Assembly: GCA_049322915.1 (NCBI GenBank)
Contig: JBMOPW010000034.1
Coordinates: 1-64,000 of the forward strand
Source: Candidatus Zhuqueibacterota bacterium
GTDB taxonomy: Bacteria > Zhuqueibacterota > Zhuqueibacteria > Thermofontimicrobiales > Thermofontimicrobiaceae
Reading direction: 5' to 3'
DNA: 64,000 nt
In this document: piece by piece, positions 20,365 to 31,345 of the stretch
Numbering within the stretch: the first letter of the stretch is position 1
Layout: each line of letters starts with the position of its first letter
Made by a program: the position numbers and the translations under genes
The notes under the pieces: model-generated
Database searches by the model: none
Told to the model about the DNA's origin: nothing
What the model saw: the letters and a program-made list of their open reading frames with translations, nothing else

Positions 20365-20565
20365 GATGAATTCCTTTTCTTGTTTAAATCCAGGGTTGAA
20401 GCGCGAGAGCCTATTATGTTTGGGATTTCCTCAAACCGTTCGCTGCACGCCGCCAGTTCTGAAATTGATCAGTTCTATTTTGAAAATTTTTCTGAAAGTA
20501 TTTTTATTTTATATCGCCCCATCGACCTGACCGAATGCTGTCCAAATGGACGGAATAGGGGAGAC

Positions 20566-22218
20566 TCACATCTTCTCAGGAGCGGTAATTCCCAAAATCC
20601 GCAGTCCATTGGCCAGGACGAGATGCGTGGCCTTTACCAGGAACAACCGCGCTTTGCTGAGCTCTCTGTCCTCCGACACAACGCGATGCAGGTGATAAAA
20701 ATGATGGAAAATGGAAGCCAGTTCATGCAAATAAACAGTCACCCGATGCGGTTCCCAGAGCTCGGCTGCACTGGCAATGATATCCGGGAATTGCAGCAGT
20801 TGGCTGATCAGTTGCTTTTCTTCTTCGACATTGAGACGATTCAAGTCGATTTCATTGTCCAGTGTAACTCCCTGCTCATTGGCAAAAAGGATCACATTGA
20901 CGAGTCGGGCATGGGCGTACTGCACATAGAAAACCGGATTTTCGTCGCTCTGTTTCCTGGCCAGGTCCATATCGAAATCAAGGTGACTCGAGCTTTTTCT
21001 ATTGGTGAAAAAGAAGCGCGCTGCATCCACGCCCACTTCGTCAATCAACTCCTGCATCTCGATAATTTGCCCGGCGCGTTTGGACATTTTGATCACTTCA
21101 CCGCTGCGCAGCAAATTGACCTGCTGTACAATTTCAACCTCAAAATCTTCTTTGCCATAGCCCAATGCCATGATCGCGGCTTTCATGCGTTGAATGTAGC
21201 CGTGATGATCCGGCCCCCAGATGTCATACAATTTTTTATAGCCACGTTCGAACTTATTCCGGTGATAGGCGATGTCCACGAGAAAATAGGTCGGTTCGCC
21301 TTCCTGCGTCAACAGCACACGGTCTTTTTCATCGCCGAATTGCTCGGAACGGAACCAGGTCGCGCCATCTTTTTCGTAGCAATAGCCATGCTCCTGCAAA
21401 TACGCCAGCACCGAAAGATGAGAGTTATCCTTTCGCAAATCGCTCTCACGGAACCAGGTCTGAAAGTGCACCCGAAACTGTTCCATCGCTGTTTTGTGCT
21501 GCTGAATCATTTTTCTCAGAGCAATCTGGGAAAATTCCACTTGCCTGGCTTCGATAGCGAGCGAGGCATAGCGGTCGCCGGATTCTTCGATGATGTCCCG
21601 GGCCAGATCCTTGACATATTCCCCATGATAGCCCTCTTCCGGGAATGATTCGGAGAAACCCAGCAAGGCCATATAACGCGCGCTCACGGACTGGCCTAAC
21701 AGTTTCACCTGCCGGCCGGCGTCGTTGATGTAAAATTCCCGATCCGCAGCGTATCCCACTGCATTGTACAAATTGACCATAATGTCGCCGACAGTTGCCG
21801 CGCGGGCGCTGACCACATTCAGCGGACCGGTGGGATTGGCGCTGACGAATTCTATCTGAATTTTCAAGCCCTGGCCAATGTCGCTGCGACCGAACTGATC
21901 GCCTTGCGCCATTAGGTCTTTCAGCGCTTTGCGGTAATATCCCCAGCCCAGGTGAAAATTGATGAATCCCGGCCCGGCAATTTCGACCTTTTCGAGAATG
22001 CCGGATTCAACCTGTAAATTGGCCGCGATATCCTGGGCGATTTGCCGCGGATTCCTTCGGGCGGTGGCTGCCAATTGCATGGCCACATTGGTTGACAAAT
22101 CGCCATGCTCCGTGGACTTGGGCCGTTCCAGTTTGATGAGCGAGGGCGCTATTTCCAAATTGATCGTTGCAATGGCGGACGAGAGATTTTCCTGAATGAT
22201 TCGTTCGATGTTGATCAT
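20566..22218 (-). CDS. argS: Arginine--tRNA ligase
   Basis: HGDLSTN, EFVSANPTGPL, WGPDHHGY, KMSKRAG, YVQYAHAR, LGITAPEKM. Confidence 0.97.
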   Translation of the reverse strand: MINIERIIQENLSSAIATINLEIAPSLIKLERPKSTEHGDLSTNVAMQLAATARRNPRQIAQDIAANLQVESGILEKVEIAGPGFINFHLGWGYYRKALKDLMAQGDQFGRSDIGQGLKIQIEFVSANPTGPLNVVSARAATVGDIMVNLYNAVGYAADREFYINDAGRQVKLLGQSVSARYMALLGFSESFPEEGYHGEYVKDLARDIIEESGDRYASLAIEARQVEFSQIALRKMIQQHKTAMEQFRVHFQTWFRESDLRKDNSHLSVLAYLQEHGYCYEKDGATWFRSEQFGDEKDRVLLTQEGEPTYFLVDIAYHRNKFERGYKKLYDIWGPDHHGYIQRMKAAIMALGYGKEDFEVEIVQQVNLLRSGEVIKMSKRAGQIIEMQELIDEVGVDAARFFFTNRKSSSHLDFDMDLARKQSDENPVFYVQYAHARLVNVILFANEQGVTLDNEIDLNRLNVEEEKQLISQLLQFPDIIASAAELWEPHRVTVYLHELASIFHHFYHLHRVVSEDRELSKARLFLVKATHLVLANGLRILGITAPEKM

Positions 22219-22562
22219 AGCTCTTCCATTTTCTCGATTCTGGCATCGCCCCAGAACTTCTCCAACCCGTAAAATTCCCGGGCCTCAGGCCGGAAGATGT
22301 GAAATATCACATCGACCAGGTCGACCAGTACCCAATTGGACGAATTTTTGCCTTCGATATGCCAGATTTTTACACTGCTCTTTTTTAACTCGTCACAAAC
22401 ATAGTCGCCAATGGCTCTGATTTGCACATCCGAGTCGCCCGAACACACCACAAAATAATCAGCGATGTTGGTCAGTTCGCGCACATCCATTATAACTACA
22501 TCCTCGGCTTTCTTATCGAACGAGAGTCGAGCGATGAATCGGGCTAATTGTTCTGAGTTCAA
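22215..22562 (-). CDS. rsfS: Ribosome silencing factor
   Basis: DKKAEDV, ADYFVVCSG, WVLVD, HIF..REFYGLEKFW; AGGAGG RBS with TTG start. Confidence 0.95.
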   Translation of the reverse strand: MNSEQLARFIARLSFDKKAEDVVIMDVRELTNIADYFVVCSGDSDVQIRAIGDYVCDELKKSSVKIWHIEGKNSSNWVLVDLVDVIFHIFRPEAREFYGLEKFWGDARIEKMEEL

Positions 22563-22986
22563 TAAAAAAAACCTCCTGCGAATGGTCTGATTCTCTATTA
22601 TTCGTTGAATGATTGCAGCAGCTCAGCTGCAAACTCTCAAGGCGCAATGAAAAAAAAAGATTTAACCTGAATTATTCATGAACTTGCTCAGAATTTGAGT
22701 CAACATTCAGATTTTCAACTAGCTAAAAACTAAGCTATTTTGAAACTCAGTTTTTATACGTTTATTCTAAAAAGAGCACCATTCAGGTTAGCCAGCCTCC
22801 TTTAAAAATACGATGAACAATGCAGGCTAAAAGAATGAATTCTGAAAGCTGATTTTTGTTTTAAAAAAAAGTTGAATAAGAAATTGACATCTTCGTTTAA
22901 CTTCGTGAACTGGAGTCTTGCGGCAAGAAAACATGCCCGAATAGTAATGAATGATTAAAGATAAATTCTGCTTCTGAAGCGTCACA

Positions 22987-24036
22987 TTACCGGCCCATCA
23001 TCATCACCACCGCTTCATAGACCTGGCGCGGAGCAATATCGTTCATACATTTGAAATGCTTTCTGGGGCAGCGTTGCCTGCCGAGATGGGAGCAGGGGCG
23101 ACATGCCAGACCGTGATTTTGAATCACCAGAAATTCTGTGTTATATGGGAAAAACCCTAGCTCTTCGGTCGTGCTGCCAAAAATCGCGACGATCTTCTTC
23201 TTCAACGCAGTCGCAAGATGCATCAGGCCGGTATCATTGGTCAGCAGAATCGAGCAATGATTCAGCAGGGCGGTCGTCTCCTGAAGTGAAAGCTGGCCGG
23301 TGACGTCCAGGACATTTTCTTCAGCATCGATGTTCAATGTCTGAGAAATGTCGCGATCCGCCCCGTTGCCGAAAATAATGATCCCAGCATTGTGCCGGTG
23401 AATAAGTTGATTGATGACTTCGGAAAAACCTTGCGGCGTCCAGCGCTTTGTCCGAAAACTGGCGCCCGGCGCAACGCCGATCAGCACCGGCCATCGATTG
23501 ATGAAGCTGGCGTACCACCCGGTGATTCGATGCTGAACAGACGGATGAATGAAAATCTGCGGCCCCTGCCGGTCGTCGCGAATGTCCAGGAAGGCAACTG
23601 CCGACAGGTACCGTTGATACACCGGGAGCGGCTTTTCCTGCGACTTCATCCTGAATTTGACAAAAAGAAATCGGCGCAAGACGCCTTTTTTGAATCTGGC
23701 AACAGTCCCGGCGCCGGTTCCGATGGAAAGGTAATAACTTCGAATATTTTTATGAAGATCAATAATGATGTCGTAACGAGTCTCCGATATTGCCCTTCGA
23801 ATCTGCCGCAGCGTTCCTGCATTATTCTGTTTATCAAAAATAAGTAGCCGATTCAACAGAGGATGATCGGATAAAATGTCGACAAATTGTTTCTTGATGA
23901 CAAAATCGATCTTCGCTCCGGGAAATTGCTGCTGCAATAGCCGAATGACCGGCGTCGTCAGCACAATATCGCCAATGGAACTCATCCGGATGATCAATAT
24001 TTTGAAAGAAGATGTCCCTGAAAATTGATTTTGCAT
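22987..24036 (-). CDS. waaF: GT9 lipopolysaccharide heptosyltransferase II-like
   Basis: IIRMSSIGDIVLTTP, APGAS..KRW, NDTGLMHLA, CRPC..C..C. Confidence 0.8.
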   Translation of the reverse strand: MQNQFSGTSSFKILIIRMSSIGDIVLTTPVIRLLQQQFPGAKIDFVIKKQFVDILSDHPLLNRLLIFDKQNNAGTLRQIRRAISETRYDIIIDLHKNIRSYYLSIGTGAGTVARFKKGVLRRFLFVKFRMKSQEKPLPVYQRYLSAVAFLDIRDDRQGPQIFIHPSVQHRITGWYASFINRWPVLIGVAPGASFRTKRWTPQGFSEVINQLIHRHNAGIIIFGNGADRDISQTLNIDAEENVLDVTGQLSLQETTALLNHCSILLTNDTGLMHLATALKKKIVAIFGSTTEELGFFPYNTEFLVIQNHGLACRPCSHLGRQRCPRKHFKCMNDIAPRQVYEAVVMMMGR

Positions 24037-24971
24037 CAGTTGAGCTTTTGAGTTTTAAACCAGGCTACGGTTTCAGTCAATCCTTTCTCGAGATTGATTT
24101 TGGGCTCCCAATTCAACAGCTTCCTTGCGCGGCTGATATCCGGCTGGCGGACTTTCGGATCATCCACGGGCAGCGGTTTGAAAATCAGCTTGCTCGTGCT
24201 GTTCGTGGTTTTGATCACCATCTCTGCCATTTCTTTGATCGTCATCTCACGCGGATTCCCGATGTTCACCGGATCATTCAAATCGGAGATCAGCAATCGG
24301 TAGATGCCCTCGACCAGATCGGAGACATAGGTGAAACTGCGCGTCTGTGAGCCGTCGCCGAAGATGGTGATTGGTTCATTTTTCAAAGCCTGGGGAATGA
24401 ACGTTGGAATGGCGCGACCATCATTGGGACGCATGCGCGGGCCGTACGTATTGAATATCCGCACGATCTTCGTATTCACATTGTGGTAGCGGTGGTATGC
24501 CATGGTGAGCGCTTCGGCGAATCGTTTGGCTTCATCGTAAACGCCGCGTGGCCCCACAGGATTGACATTACCCCAGTATTCCTCGCTCTGCGGATGCACC
24601 AGCGGATCGCCGTAAATCTCAGATGTGGACGCCAGCAGCAGCGTGGCATTTTTTGATAACGCCAATCCCAATGCCTTGTGCGTTCCCAGCGCGCCGACTT
24701 TCAGCGTTTGAATGGGAAGCTGGAGGTAGTCCAACGGACTTGCCGGCGAAGCGAAATGAAGGACATAGTCGATCTCGCCGGCAATGTACAGGTATTCAGT
24801 GACGTCGTGTTTGATGAATTTGAAATTTGGGCCTTGCAGATGTTCGATATTTGTGATGCTTCCGGTGAGGAGGTTGTCCATGGCAATAACCTGGTGTCCC
24901 TTGTTCAACAGATATTCACATAAATGTGAACCTAAAAAACCCGCCCCACCTGTAACCAATGTTCTTGGCAT
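24036..24971 (-). CDS. UDP-glucuronate decarboxylase family SDR
   Basis: [34 protein letters not shown]. Confidence 0.9.
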   Translation of the reverse strand: MPRTLVTGGAGFLGSHLCEYLLNKGHQVIAMDNLLTGSITNIEHLQGPNFKFIKHDVTEYLYIAGEIDYVLHFASPASPLDYLQLPIQTLKVGALGTHKALGLALSKNATLLLASTSEIYGDPLVHPQSEEYWGNVNPVGPRGVYDEAKRFAEALTMAYHRYHNVNTKIVRIFNTYGPRMRPNDGRAIPTFIPQALKNEPITIFGDGSQTRSFTYVSDLVEGIYRLLISDLNDPVNIGNPREMTIKEMAEMVIKTTNSTSKLIFKPLPVDDPKVRQPDISRARKLLNWEPKINLEKGLTETVAWFKTQKLN

Positions 24972-25075
24972 TTTTTTTACTCCTCGCTGTTAATTCAAAG
25001 TTGATGTATGGAAAATCAAAAATATTTTAAATTTGAATGATCAGTGCCCCCGCATCTGTCTGGATTCTTGATAAT

Positions 25076-26083
25076 TCAATTTACTGAAAAAGCCTCAATT
25101 AATCCGGACGAAACAACCCAGTGTATCTTTCCCTGTTCTTCGAAGAGAATGACACCTTCGACCTTTGGCAATTCTTCCAGCAATACTAGTCCATCCTTTG
25201 GCCCCAGCACAAACACGGCGGTGCTCAACGCATCGGCCATCATGGCAGACGCCGCCTGGACAGTGGCGCTGATGCATTTCCAGGCCGGATAGCCGGTCCT
25301 GGGATCCAGGATATGATGGTAACGCACAGAGTCCGCGATGAAGTACCGCTCATAATCCCCGGAAGTGGAGACACACCCGGCATCCATCGGAAAATAACCG
25401 AACAGTTCGTTCAGTTTGCGGGGATGTTTGATCCACACCCGGCGTTGCCCACGGGTGAGATCGCTGCATAACGCGCGCAAATTCCCGCCGGCATTGACCA
25501 GGGCGTCAGTGACGCCGTTACGCTGCAACACCCCAATGGCTTCATCCACCGCGTAACCTTTGGCAATTCCGCCCAGATCGATTTTGACCAAAGGCGACGT
25601 GAACGTGACGCGGTTATTGCGCAGAACAACGTGACGCGGATTGACCCATTTGAGGTGATAGGCCAATAGCGCGTCTCCCGGAATACAGTAATGCTCCGGC
25701 GTGAAGTTCCACAGGCGTTCGACGCTCTGAATAGTAATGTCAAACGCTCCCCCCGATATTATAGAAATATCGGCGCTTGCCTGAATTAATTGACGAAGAA
25801 CAGTATCAATTTCAACCTCGGAATAGGCAGCCTCGCGATTGACTCTGGAAATGAGACTGGAGTCGCTGTAAATATTGGCAATTCGGTCGACGAACGCAAT
25901 CCGGTCGAAGGTCAGGTGCATGATGCGTTCCAGTGTATCGATGGGTTTATCCTGATCGTAAATACTGACCTGAAAAAACGTATCCATGAAAATCATTGTC
26001 CGCTCGAACGGGACAATGTCTTTCGCGGGCGTACACTGCATGAGCAGCAGGAAACAGAGAAGTGGACCGCCTCGTTTGAACAT
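25076..26083 (-). CDS. apbE: FAD:protein FMN transferase (ApbE) lipoprotein
   Basis: GAFDIT, DLGGIAKGYAVD, STSGDYER, HHILDP, ADALST. Confidence 0.93.
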   Translation of the reverse strand: MFKRGGPLLCFLLLMQCTPAKDIVPFERTMIFMDTFFQVSIYDQDKPIDTLERIMHLTFDRIAFVDRIANIYSDSSLISRVNREAAYSEVEIDTVLRQLIQASADISIISGGAFDITIQSVERLWNFTPEHYCIPGDALLAYHLKWVNPRHVVLRNNRVTFTSPLVKIDLGGIAKGYAVDEAIGVLQRNGVTDALVNAGGNLRALCSDLTRGQRRVWIKHPRKLNELFGYFPMDAGCVSTSGDYERYFIADSVRYHHILDPRTGYPAWKCISATVQAASAMMADALSTAVFVLGPKDGLVLLEELPKVEGVILFEEQGKIHWVVSSGLIEAFSVN

Positions 26084-26089
26084 TCCGGA

Positions 26090-27058
26090 TTACATTTCCC
26101 GTGAAGTGATGAAATCGGATAACAGCGTTAACGATTTTTTATATGGGGAGTCGGAATATCGCTCCATGCATTCCTGGGCTATTTGGATGTAATGCTGTGC
26201 TGTCGCTTCGGCGTAGTCAATCCCTCCTGTCTCCCGGGCAAAATGAATGATCTTATCCAGCGAATGATCTTTTCCGTTCTGCAGAATAGCGAGGATTTCT
26301 TTGCGACTTTTTTCGTTGCTTTTTTTCAAGCCGTACAGAACCGGCAGTGTGATGATATTTTCGAGGAGGTCTTTGCCAATTGGTTTTCCCAGATCTTTTT
26401 CATTGCCATAAAAGTCCAGCAGGTCATCTTTGATCTGGAACGCTATCCCGAGGCTCTCCCCGAACGTCCTCAAATTTTCAACATGCGTTGCATCCGCGCC
26501 CTGGGAAGTCAATGCGCCTAACTGGCAGGTCGCGGCGATCAACGACGCGGTTTTATTGGAAATCAATTGGAAGTATGTATCTTCATTCATCTGAAAATCA
26601 TGCGCCCGTTCCATCTGCAACAGTTCACCCTGACTCATCTGCTTCGTGACGCTGGAGACAATTTCCACCATCCGTGGACTGTTCAATTTATTCAATCGAT
26701 TCAACACCTCGGCAAAAAGGAAGTCGCCGATGAGCACTGAAATTTTATTTTCCCACAATGAATTCACCGAAGGCCGTCCGCGACGCAAGTCAGAGTTGTC
26801 CACAACATCGTCGTGAATTAACGTTGCCGTATGCAGCAGCTCGACAATGAGCGCTGCTTCATAGGATTTTTCCGTCGGTTTGCCAGTCAAACCACTGCAC
26901 AGAAATAACAACATCGGTCGCACTCTTTTCCCTTTTGCGGCGACGATGTAGGTGAAAATTCTATTGATGATTTCGATTTCACTCTTGATTAACGAAGTGA
27001 ATCTGTTTTCAAGCTCAGCGAGTTCAGATTTAATTGGCTCTTGTATTTTATCAAGCAC
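26090..27058 (-). CDS. Long-chain trans-polyprenyl diphosphate synthase (IspB-like)
   Basis: GKRVRP, LIHDDVVD, RRG, KTA, FQIKDDLLD. Confidence 0.92.
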   Translation of the reverse strand: MLDKIQEPIKSELAELENRFTSLIKSEIEIINRIFTYIVAAKGKRVRPMLLFLCSGLTGKPTEKSYEAALIVELLHTATLIHDDVVDNSDLRRGRPSVNSLWENKISVLIGDFLFAEVLNRLNKLNSPRMVEIVSSVTKQMSQGELLQMERAHDFQMNEDTYFQLISNKTASLIAATCQLGALTSQGADATHVENLRTFGESLGIAFQIKDDLLDFYGNEKDLGKPIGKDLLENIITLPVLYGLKKSNEKSRKEILAILQNGKDHSLDKIIHFARETGGIDYAEATAQHYIQIAQECMERYSDSPYKKSLTLLSDFITSREM

Positions 27059-27188
27059 AACCGATTTTTCCTTGAGTTCCGATGTTTATTTTGCTTAATT
27101 TAAAGTGACCAAGATAGTAATAATTATTTATTTTGTCAATTAAAAAATCATGGAGCTGTAAAATTGATAGGCCAATTTGCATATTTTT

Positions 27189-27533
27189 TTACAGTTCACT
27201 TCCGTCATCGTCTTCGATCAGGATCACTCCGAAACTCTTCCCGGAAATGCTGATGCCGACTTTAATCACGCCCGAGACAGTGACCCGATCATTCCGAAAC
27301 GGAACGTCTTTCTTAGGTTTGACCCAAAGAAAACCGGTGCTATCGTTCAATCGGTATACGCCAATTCCAAGAATGGGCAGGGTGAGGGTTTCATCCACAA
27401 CCCCGCTCACAGTGACTTTTTGATCGTGAAATCGACGCGGTGATTCTTTGATTTCACCAATTCGCACCGTGGATGCGCAGCCGAGAATGACAAGCAACGC
27501 GACCATCGGGACAACTCGGTAGTTTCTCCTCAT
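27189..27533 (-). CDS. Small OB-fold-like lipoprotein
   Basis: GGAGG RBS before MRRNY; lipobox ILG-C; KVTVSGVV..YRLNDSTG..RVTVSG. Confidence 0.7.
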   Translation of the reverse strand: MRRNYRVVPMVALLVILGCASTVRIGEIKESPRRFHDQKVTVSGVVDETLTLPILGIGVYRLNDSTGFLWVKPKKDVPFRNDRVTVSGVIKVGISISGKSFGVILIEDDDGSEL

Positions 27534-27798
27534 GTATTCCTCCAAGATTAATGTTCTTCCGAGCAAATTTAACCACAAAGTATATTGATTTTTCATCAAA
27601 TAGTCAAGCATGATTTTATGAAATGATGAAATTATCACACTCTTGGGGTTCGCGAACAGAATTTTTTTTTCTTCGAAACAGTGTAGAGGCGTCAATCAGA
27701 TTGGAAAATTGAAGTAATGGCGCGGATGGAAAACCTCGACGCCGGTCAGTTTCACAGGGAACTGGTAGGTATGAAGCATGATCAACCTATTGGCAGAT

Positions 27799-28539
27799 TC
27801 AGCTATTAAAAGCGGGGTTGAAGAAAATACGTATGGCTGGCAGATCCGTTTGTTCAGCATCTTTCAGTTTACCCTGAAACAGCACTTTTCCTTCGTCCAG
27901 AAAAATGATGCGATCGGCAATTCGCCGGATGCTGGCCAATTCATGAGAGACGACGATCAAAGTCATGTTCAGAATATCGCGGAGATTGAACAGCAATTTA
28001 TCCAGCGCGGCGGCAGTGACAGGATCCAGTCCGGCGCTCGGTTCGTCTCCAAACAGGATCACCGGGTCCAGAGCAATGGCCCGCGCCAACGACGCCCGCT
28101 TGCGCATCCCGCCGGACAATTGGGCCGGAAATAAATGCATGGCATCGTCCAGTTCCACTAGCCGCAATTTCGTCCGTACCAGCCGTCGGATGATGGCCGG
28201 GGGGAGATTTGTGTGCTGTTCCAACGGGATGGCCACATTCTCGCCCACGGTGATGGAATTCAGCAGCGCGCCATTCTGAAAAAGCACCCCGATTTTTCGG
28301 AGTATCACGTTGAACGGCGCTTCTTCCATCCAGGTCACGTCCTGCCCCATGATTTCAATCGAACCGGAACCCGGCTGATAAAGCCGGATGATATGTTTGA
28401 GCAACGTCGTTTTGCCGCATCCGCTTTTGCCCAAGATGATGGTGATTTCATTGGGATAGAAATCAACGGAGATGTCATCCAGAATGACTCTGTCATCGAA
28501 GCGGGTGGTGAGATTTCGTATGCGAATGATGGGTTCCAT
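27799..28539 (-). CDS. MCE-system ABC ATPase (MlaF-like)
   Basis: GKSGCGKT, LFQNGAL, LSGGMRKR, DEPSAGLDP. Confidence 0.9.
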   Translation of the reverse strand: MEPIIRIRNLTTRFDDRVILDDISVDFYPNEITIILGKSGCGKTTLLKHIIRLYQPGSGSIEIMGQDVTWMEEAPFNVILRKIGVLFQNGALLNSITVGENVAIPLEQHTNLPPAIIRRLVRTKLRLVELDDAMHLFPAQLSGGMRKRASLARAIALDPVILFGDEPSAGLDPVTAAALDKLLFNLRDILNMTLIVVSHELASIRRIADRIIFLDEGKVLFQGKLKDAEQTDLPAIRIFFNPAFNS

Positions 28540-28548
28540 AACCTGAAT

Positions 28549-29646
28549 TTATTGTCCAAAGTAAAAAATCAATCCCAGAATCGAATCAGCAACGATCACG
28601 AAAAAAATCGAAGCGACCACGGATGCCGTCGTGGCGCGGCCAACTCCTTCGGCGCCGCCGGTGACGTTCAATCCCTGGTAGCAGGCGATGATCATGATGA
28701 TCCACGCGAATATCACGCTCTTGAACAGGCCCGTCAGCACGTCCTTCAAAATGAGCACCGTCAGCAATTCATTGAAAAACGCGGTCCCGCTCAACTGAAG
28801 ATAGGTGACGCCGATGACGAATCCGCCGAGGATACCGACCAGGTCCGCCAGGATAGTGAGCAACGGCATGGTGAGTGTAATGGCATGGAATTTCGGGACG
28901 ATGACGAAGCGAATCGGATTGAGGGCCATGGTCTTGAGCGCATCAATTTCCTCGGTGACGACCATGGTGGCAATTTCCGACGCAATGGCTGAGCCGCTGC
29001 GACCGGCTACAGCGATCGCTGTCATGATGGGCCCCATCTCGCGCAGCATGGCGATGCCGATGAGATCGGCCACAAAAATATTGGCGCCAAATTGCCGCAA
29101 TTGCGCGGCGGATTGCAACGCCAGAATGAGACCAATGAGAAATGAGATGAGCCCTACAATTTGAAATGCATTCACTCCGATCAGAACGCTTTGCTGCACG
29201 AACGAACCGGCCCGTTGTCCCTTCCGATCCACCAGACCGATGATGCTCCAGTAAAAAATATCCGCAGTCAGATAGAGCAGGTCCATGGCCTTTTTGCTGA
29301 AAGCGTAAACGCCCTCTCCCATGCGCTCCAGAAACAGCGGCGTCTCCTGTGTCGCGGATATGGGATGTCCTTCGGTCGAGAAACTGGCGATGGCTTTGTC
29401 AATTTTCTCAGGGATGCGGATGAATTGAACAGAAAGGCCCGAGGAAATTGCCGTCGTTTTTATTTCGTCCAGCAGGGCCACTCCGGCGCTGTCAATGTTC
29501 GTTACTTCCGACAGGTCAATTTCCAGGACATCTTCCCGGAGCGACTGAAGCACATGGGTGATGCTGGCCAGCGCGGAGGTCACGGATTCGGTGATTAATT
29601 CGCCGCGCAGAAAAAGTGTTTTGTTGAGTGTGAAAAATTCAATCAT
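28549..29646 (-). CDS. MlaE-family permease with N-terminal STAS domain
   Basis: DLSEVTNIDSAG; REMGP..GRSGSAIASEI..EEIDAL; GAEGVGRATT. Confidence 0.92.
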   Translation of the reverse strand: MIEFFTLNKTLFLRGELITESVTSALASITHVLQSLREDVLEIDLSEVTNIDSAGVALLDEIKTTAISSGLSVQFIRIPEKIDKAIASFSTEGHPISATQETPLFLERMGEGVYAFSKKAMDLLYLTADIFYWSIIGLVDRKGQRAGSFVQQSVLIGVNAFQIVGLISFLIGLILALQSAAQLRQFGANIFVADLIGIAMLREMGPIMTAIAVAGRSGSAIASEIATMVVTEEIDALKTMALNPIRFVIVPKFHAITLTMPLLTILADLVGILGGFVIGVTYLQLSGTAFFNELLTVLILKDVLTGLFKSVIFAWIIMIIACYQGLNVTGGAEGVGRATTASVVASIFFVIVADSILGLIFYFGQ

Positions 29647-29713
29647 ACTGCTTCAGAAAATTAGCCAGTGATGTTCGCAAGACGGAGTTATTTGACTATC
29701 AACTCCGCACCTG

Positions 29714-31246
29714 TTAAAACAGAATGTAGGAATAGCGCAGCAGCAAAATATGCTCATACTGAGTATATGAAATAATCGACGCATCGCGCTTTATCCGCAG
29801 GGTGTAGTCGATGGAAATATTTCGGGACACACGCAGGTTCAGATTATTTTCCCAATCATAGACCAATTGATTCGAGTGACCCGACGGAACCAGCATGTCA
29901 AATTCGGACGTGATCATGATGTTCCTCAGAATGCGGTAGTTCCCGACGAGAGAGGCTTCCGGGCCACGGAGATAAGTGGATGACTTTTTGTAGAATGTGG
30001 AGTCATTATCCTCAGCCTGCGTGTATAAATCACGATTTAAGTTCTGACGGAAGCCCATTCCAAGTCGCACATTGAAATTCGCGCGCAGTGATTTTTTCAA
30101 TGCCAGATTAATTCCAAATCCCTCCTTCAATTCCAGCGGAGAGAAATTGGGCGAAACGACAACTTTTTTGGTATCGAGACGAATGGCTTCGGGATTGCCT
30201 TCAGTGTCGTAGAGATAAACATTCCGCGGCTCATCGTAGTAATGCGTGGTGCGGAACGTATTGGTCTCCAGAAAGAACCGACCGTAGGAGCCGAGCCCGG
30301 GAAGGAAGTAATAGATGTAGATATTCTTCAATCGGACATTATCAAGATAGCTCCGAAACGTGCTCTGCTTCTTTTGCATGTTCCAGCCCTCTTCCAGCAG
30401 GCCGCGCGAGAGGAAGTAATGCCTGGCCGTGCTGTATTTGATGTTGTAGTCGAACTGGGCGACAAAGGCCATGCTGGTCTGTTGCTCTTTGGTGGTCAGG
30501 TCATTGGCGCGATTGAGAGTGAAGCTGCCGTACAGTGCGCTGAACAACGACCAGTTTCTGATTTTGCGGATTTCAGTGCCGAATTCGAGGATGCCGGCGC
30601 CTAAAAAATTCTTGGTATCCGCATCAAGAACAATGGTGAATTGGGTCAATTCTCCCGGCAGGAGCCGCACCGTGGCGAAGTTTGTATGCGTGTTCACGTT
30701 CTCGCCCAGCTTGATAATTTTATACAGCCCGGGCTTCAGAATCCATGTCTGCAAAAACTCACCCAGTTGCTCATCGGCGCCGTAGCCGATGCCGTAGGCT
30801 TCCCGTTCCGGCAACCGATAGATTTCATACGGTTCTTTGAGCCACTCGCGCGCTTCATCGATGATGCGAATTTTCAGACCGCACCAGTCCGGCTCGATGA
30901 TTCTCGTCTCTTCCGCCTTAATGTCCACTACTTTTTTGATGATCTGATCCAGCGTCCCGGAGCCTAATGTGATGGTGTAGGTTCCCGGGCGCAGCCAGAC
31001 GCTTCTGCCCATTTTCTGAACATGAATGACCGAATCGTTCGTCGAAATAGTGTACACCGGCTCATGGTCTGAATTGGTCATGGTCGGCATGAACAGCCGG
31101 CCCAGGCCTTTAATGTCGTCGAGGCCTTCCATGTCCAATTGCGCCCGGGGCTGTGGCGCAATCCAGTTATAAATCTGTTTCTGCTGGCTCAATGAGACGG
31201 CAGTGAACACGAGCGTCATCAGTATGTAGTAATGAATGGTTTTCAT
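29714..31246 (-). CDS. Putative outer-membrane beta-barrel protein with N-terminal soluble domains
   Basis: Signal peptide; two PGxY beta-sandwich repeats; amphipathic strands; ends LLRYSYILF (beta-signal-like). Confidence 0.6.
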   Translation of the reverse strand: MKTIHYYILMTLVFTAVSLSQQKQIYNWIAPQPRAQLDMEGLDDIKGLGRLFMPTMTNSDHEPVYTISTNDSVIHVQKMGRSVWLRPGTYTITLGSGTLDQIIKKVVDIKAEETRIIEPDWCGLKIRIIDEAREWLKEPYEIYRLPEREAYGIGYGADEQLGEFLQTWILKPGLYKIIKLGENVNTHTNFATVRLLPGELTQFTIVLDADTKNFLGAGILEFGTEIRKIRNWSLFSALYGSFTLNRANDLTTKEQQTSMAFVAQFDYNIKYSTARHYFLSRGLLEEGWNMQKKQSTFRSYLDNVRLKNIYIYYFLPGLGSYGRFFLETNTFRTTHYYDEPRNVYLYDTEGNPEAIRLDTKKVVVSPNFSPLELKEGFGINLALKKSLRANFNVRLGMGFRQNLNRDLYTQAEDNDSTFYKKSSTYLRGPEASLVGNYRILRNIMITSEFDMLVPSGHSNQLVYDWENNLNLRVSRNISIDYTLRIKRDASIISYTQYEHILLLRYSYILF

Positions 31247-31345
31247 AGGAGTTCAATAAAAGTAACTTTGGCGTCCATGTAACAAGAATACATGCCGGAA
31301 TAGTAACCTAAAAAATTGATGGCCTTGTAGCTGCATCGTTCAATG

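Noticed and set aside
19993..21648. 551-aa plus-strand ORF
   Set aside because: Antisense shadow of argS and pfkB; no motifs.
22760..22805. Minus-strand AAGGAGG followed by a 6-codon ORF (MVLFLE) upstream of rsfS
   Set aside because: SD-to-ATG spacing of about 13 nt is poor and there is no other support.
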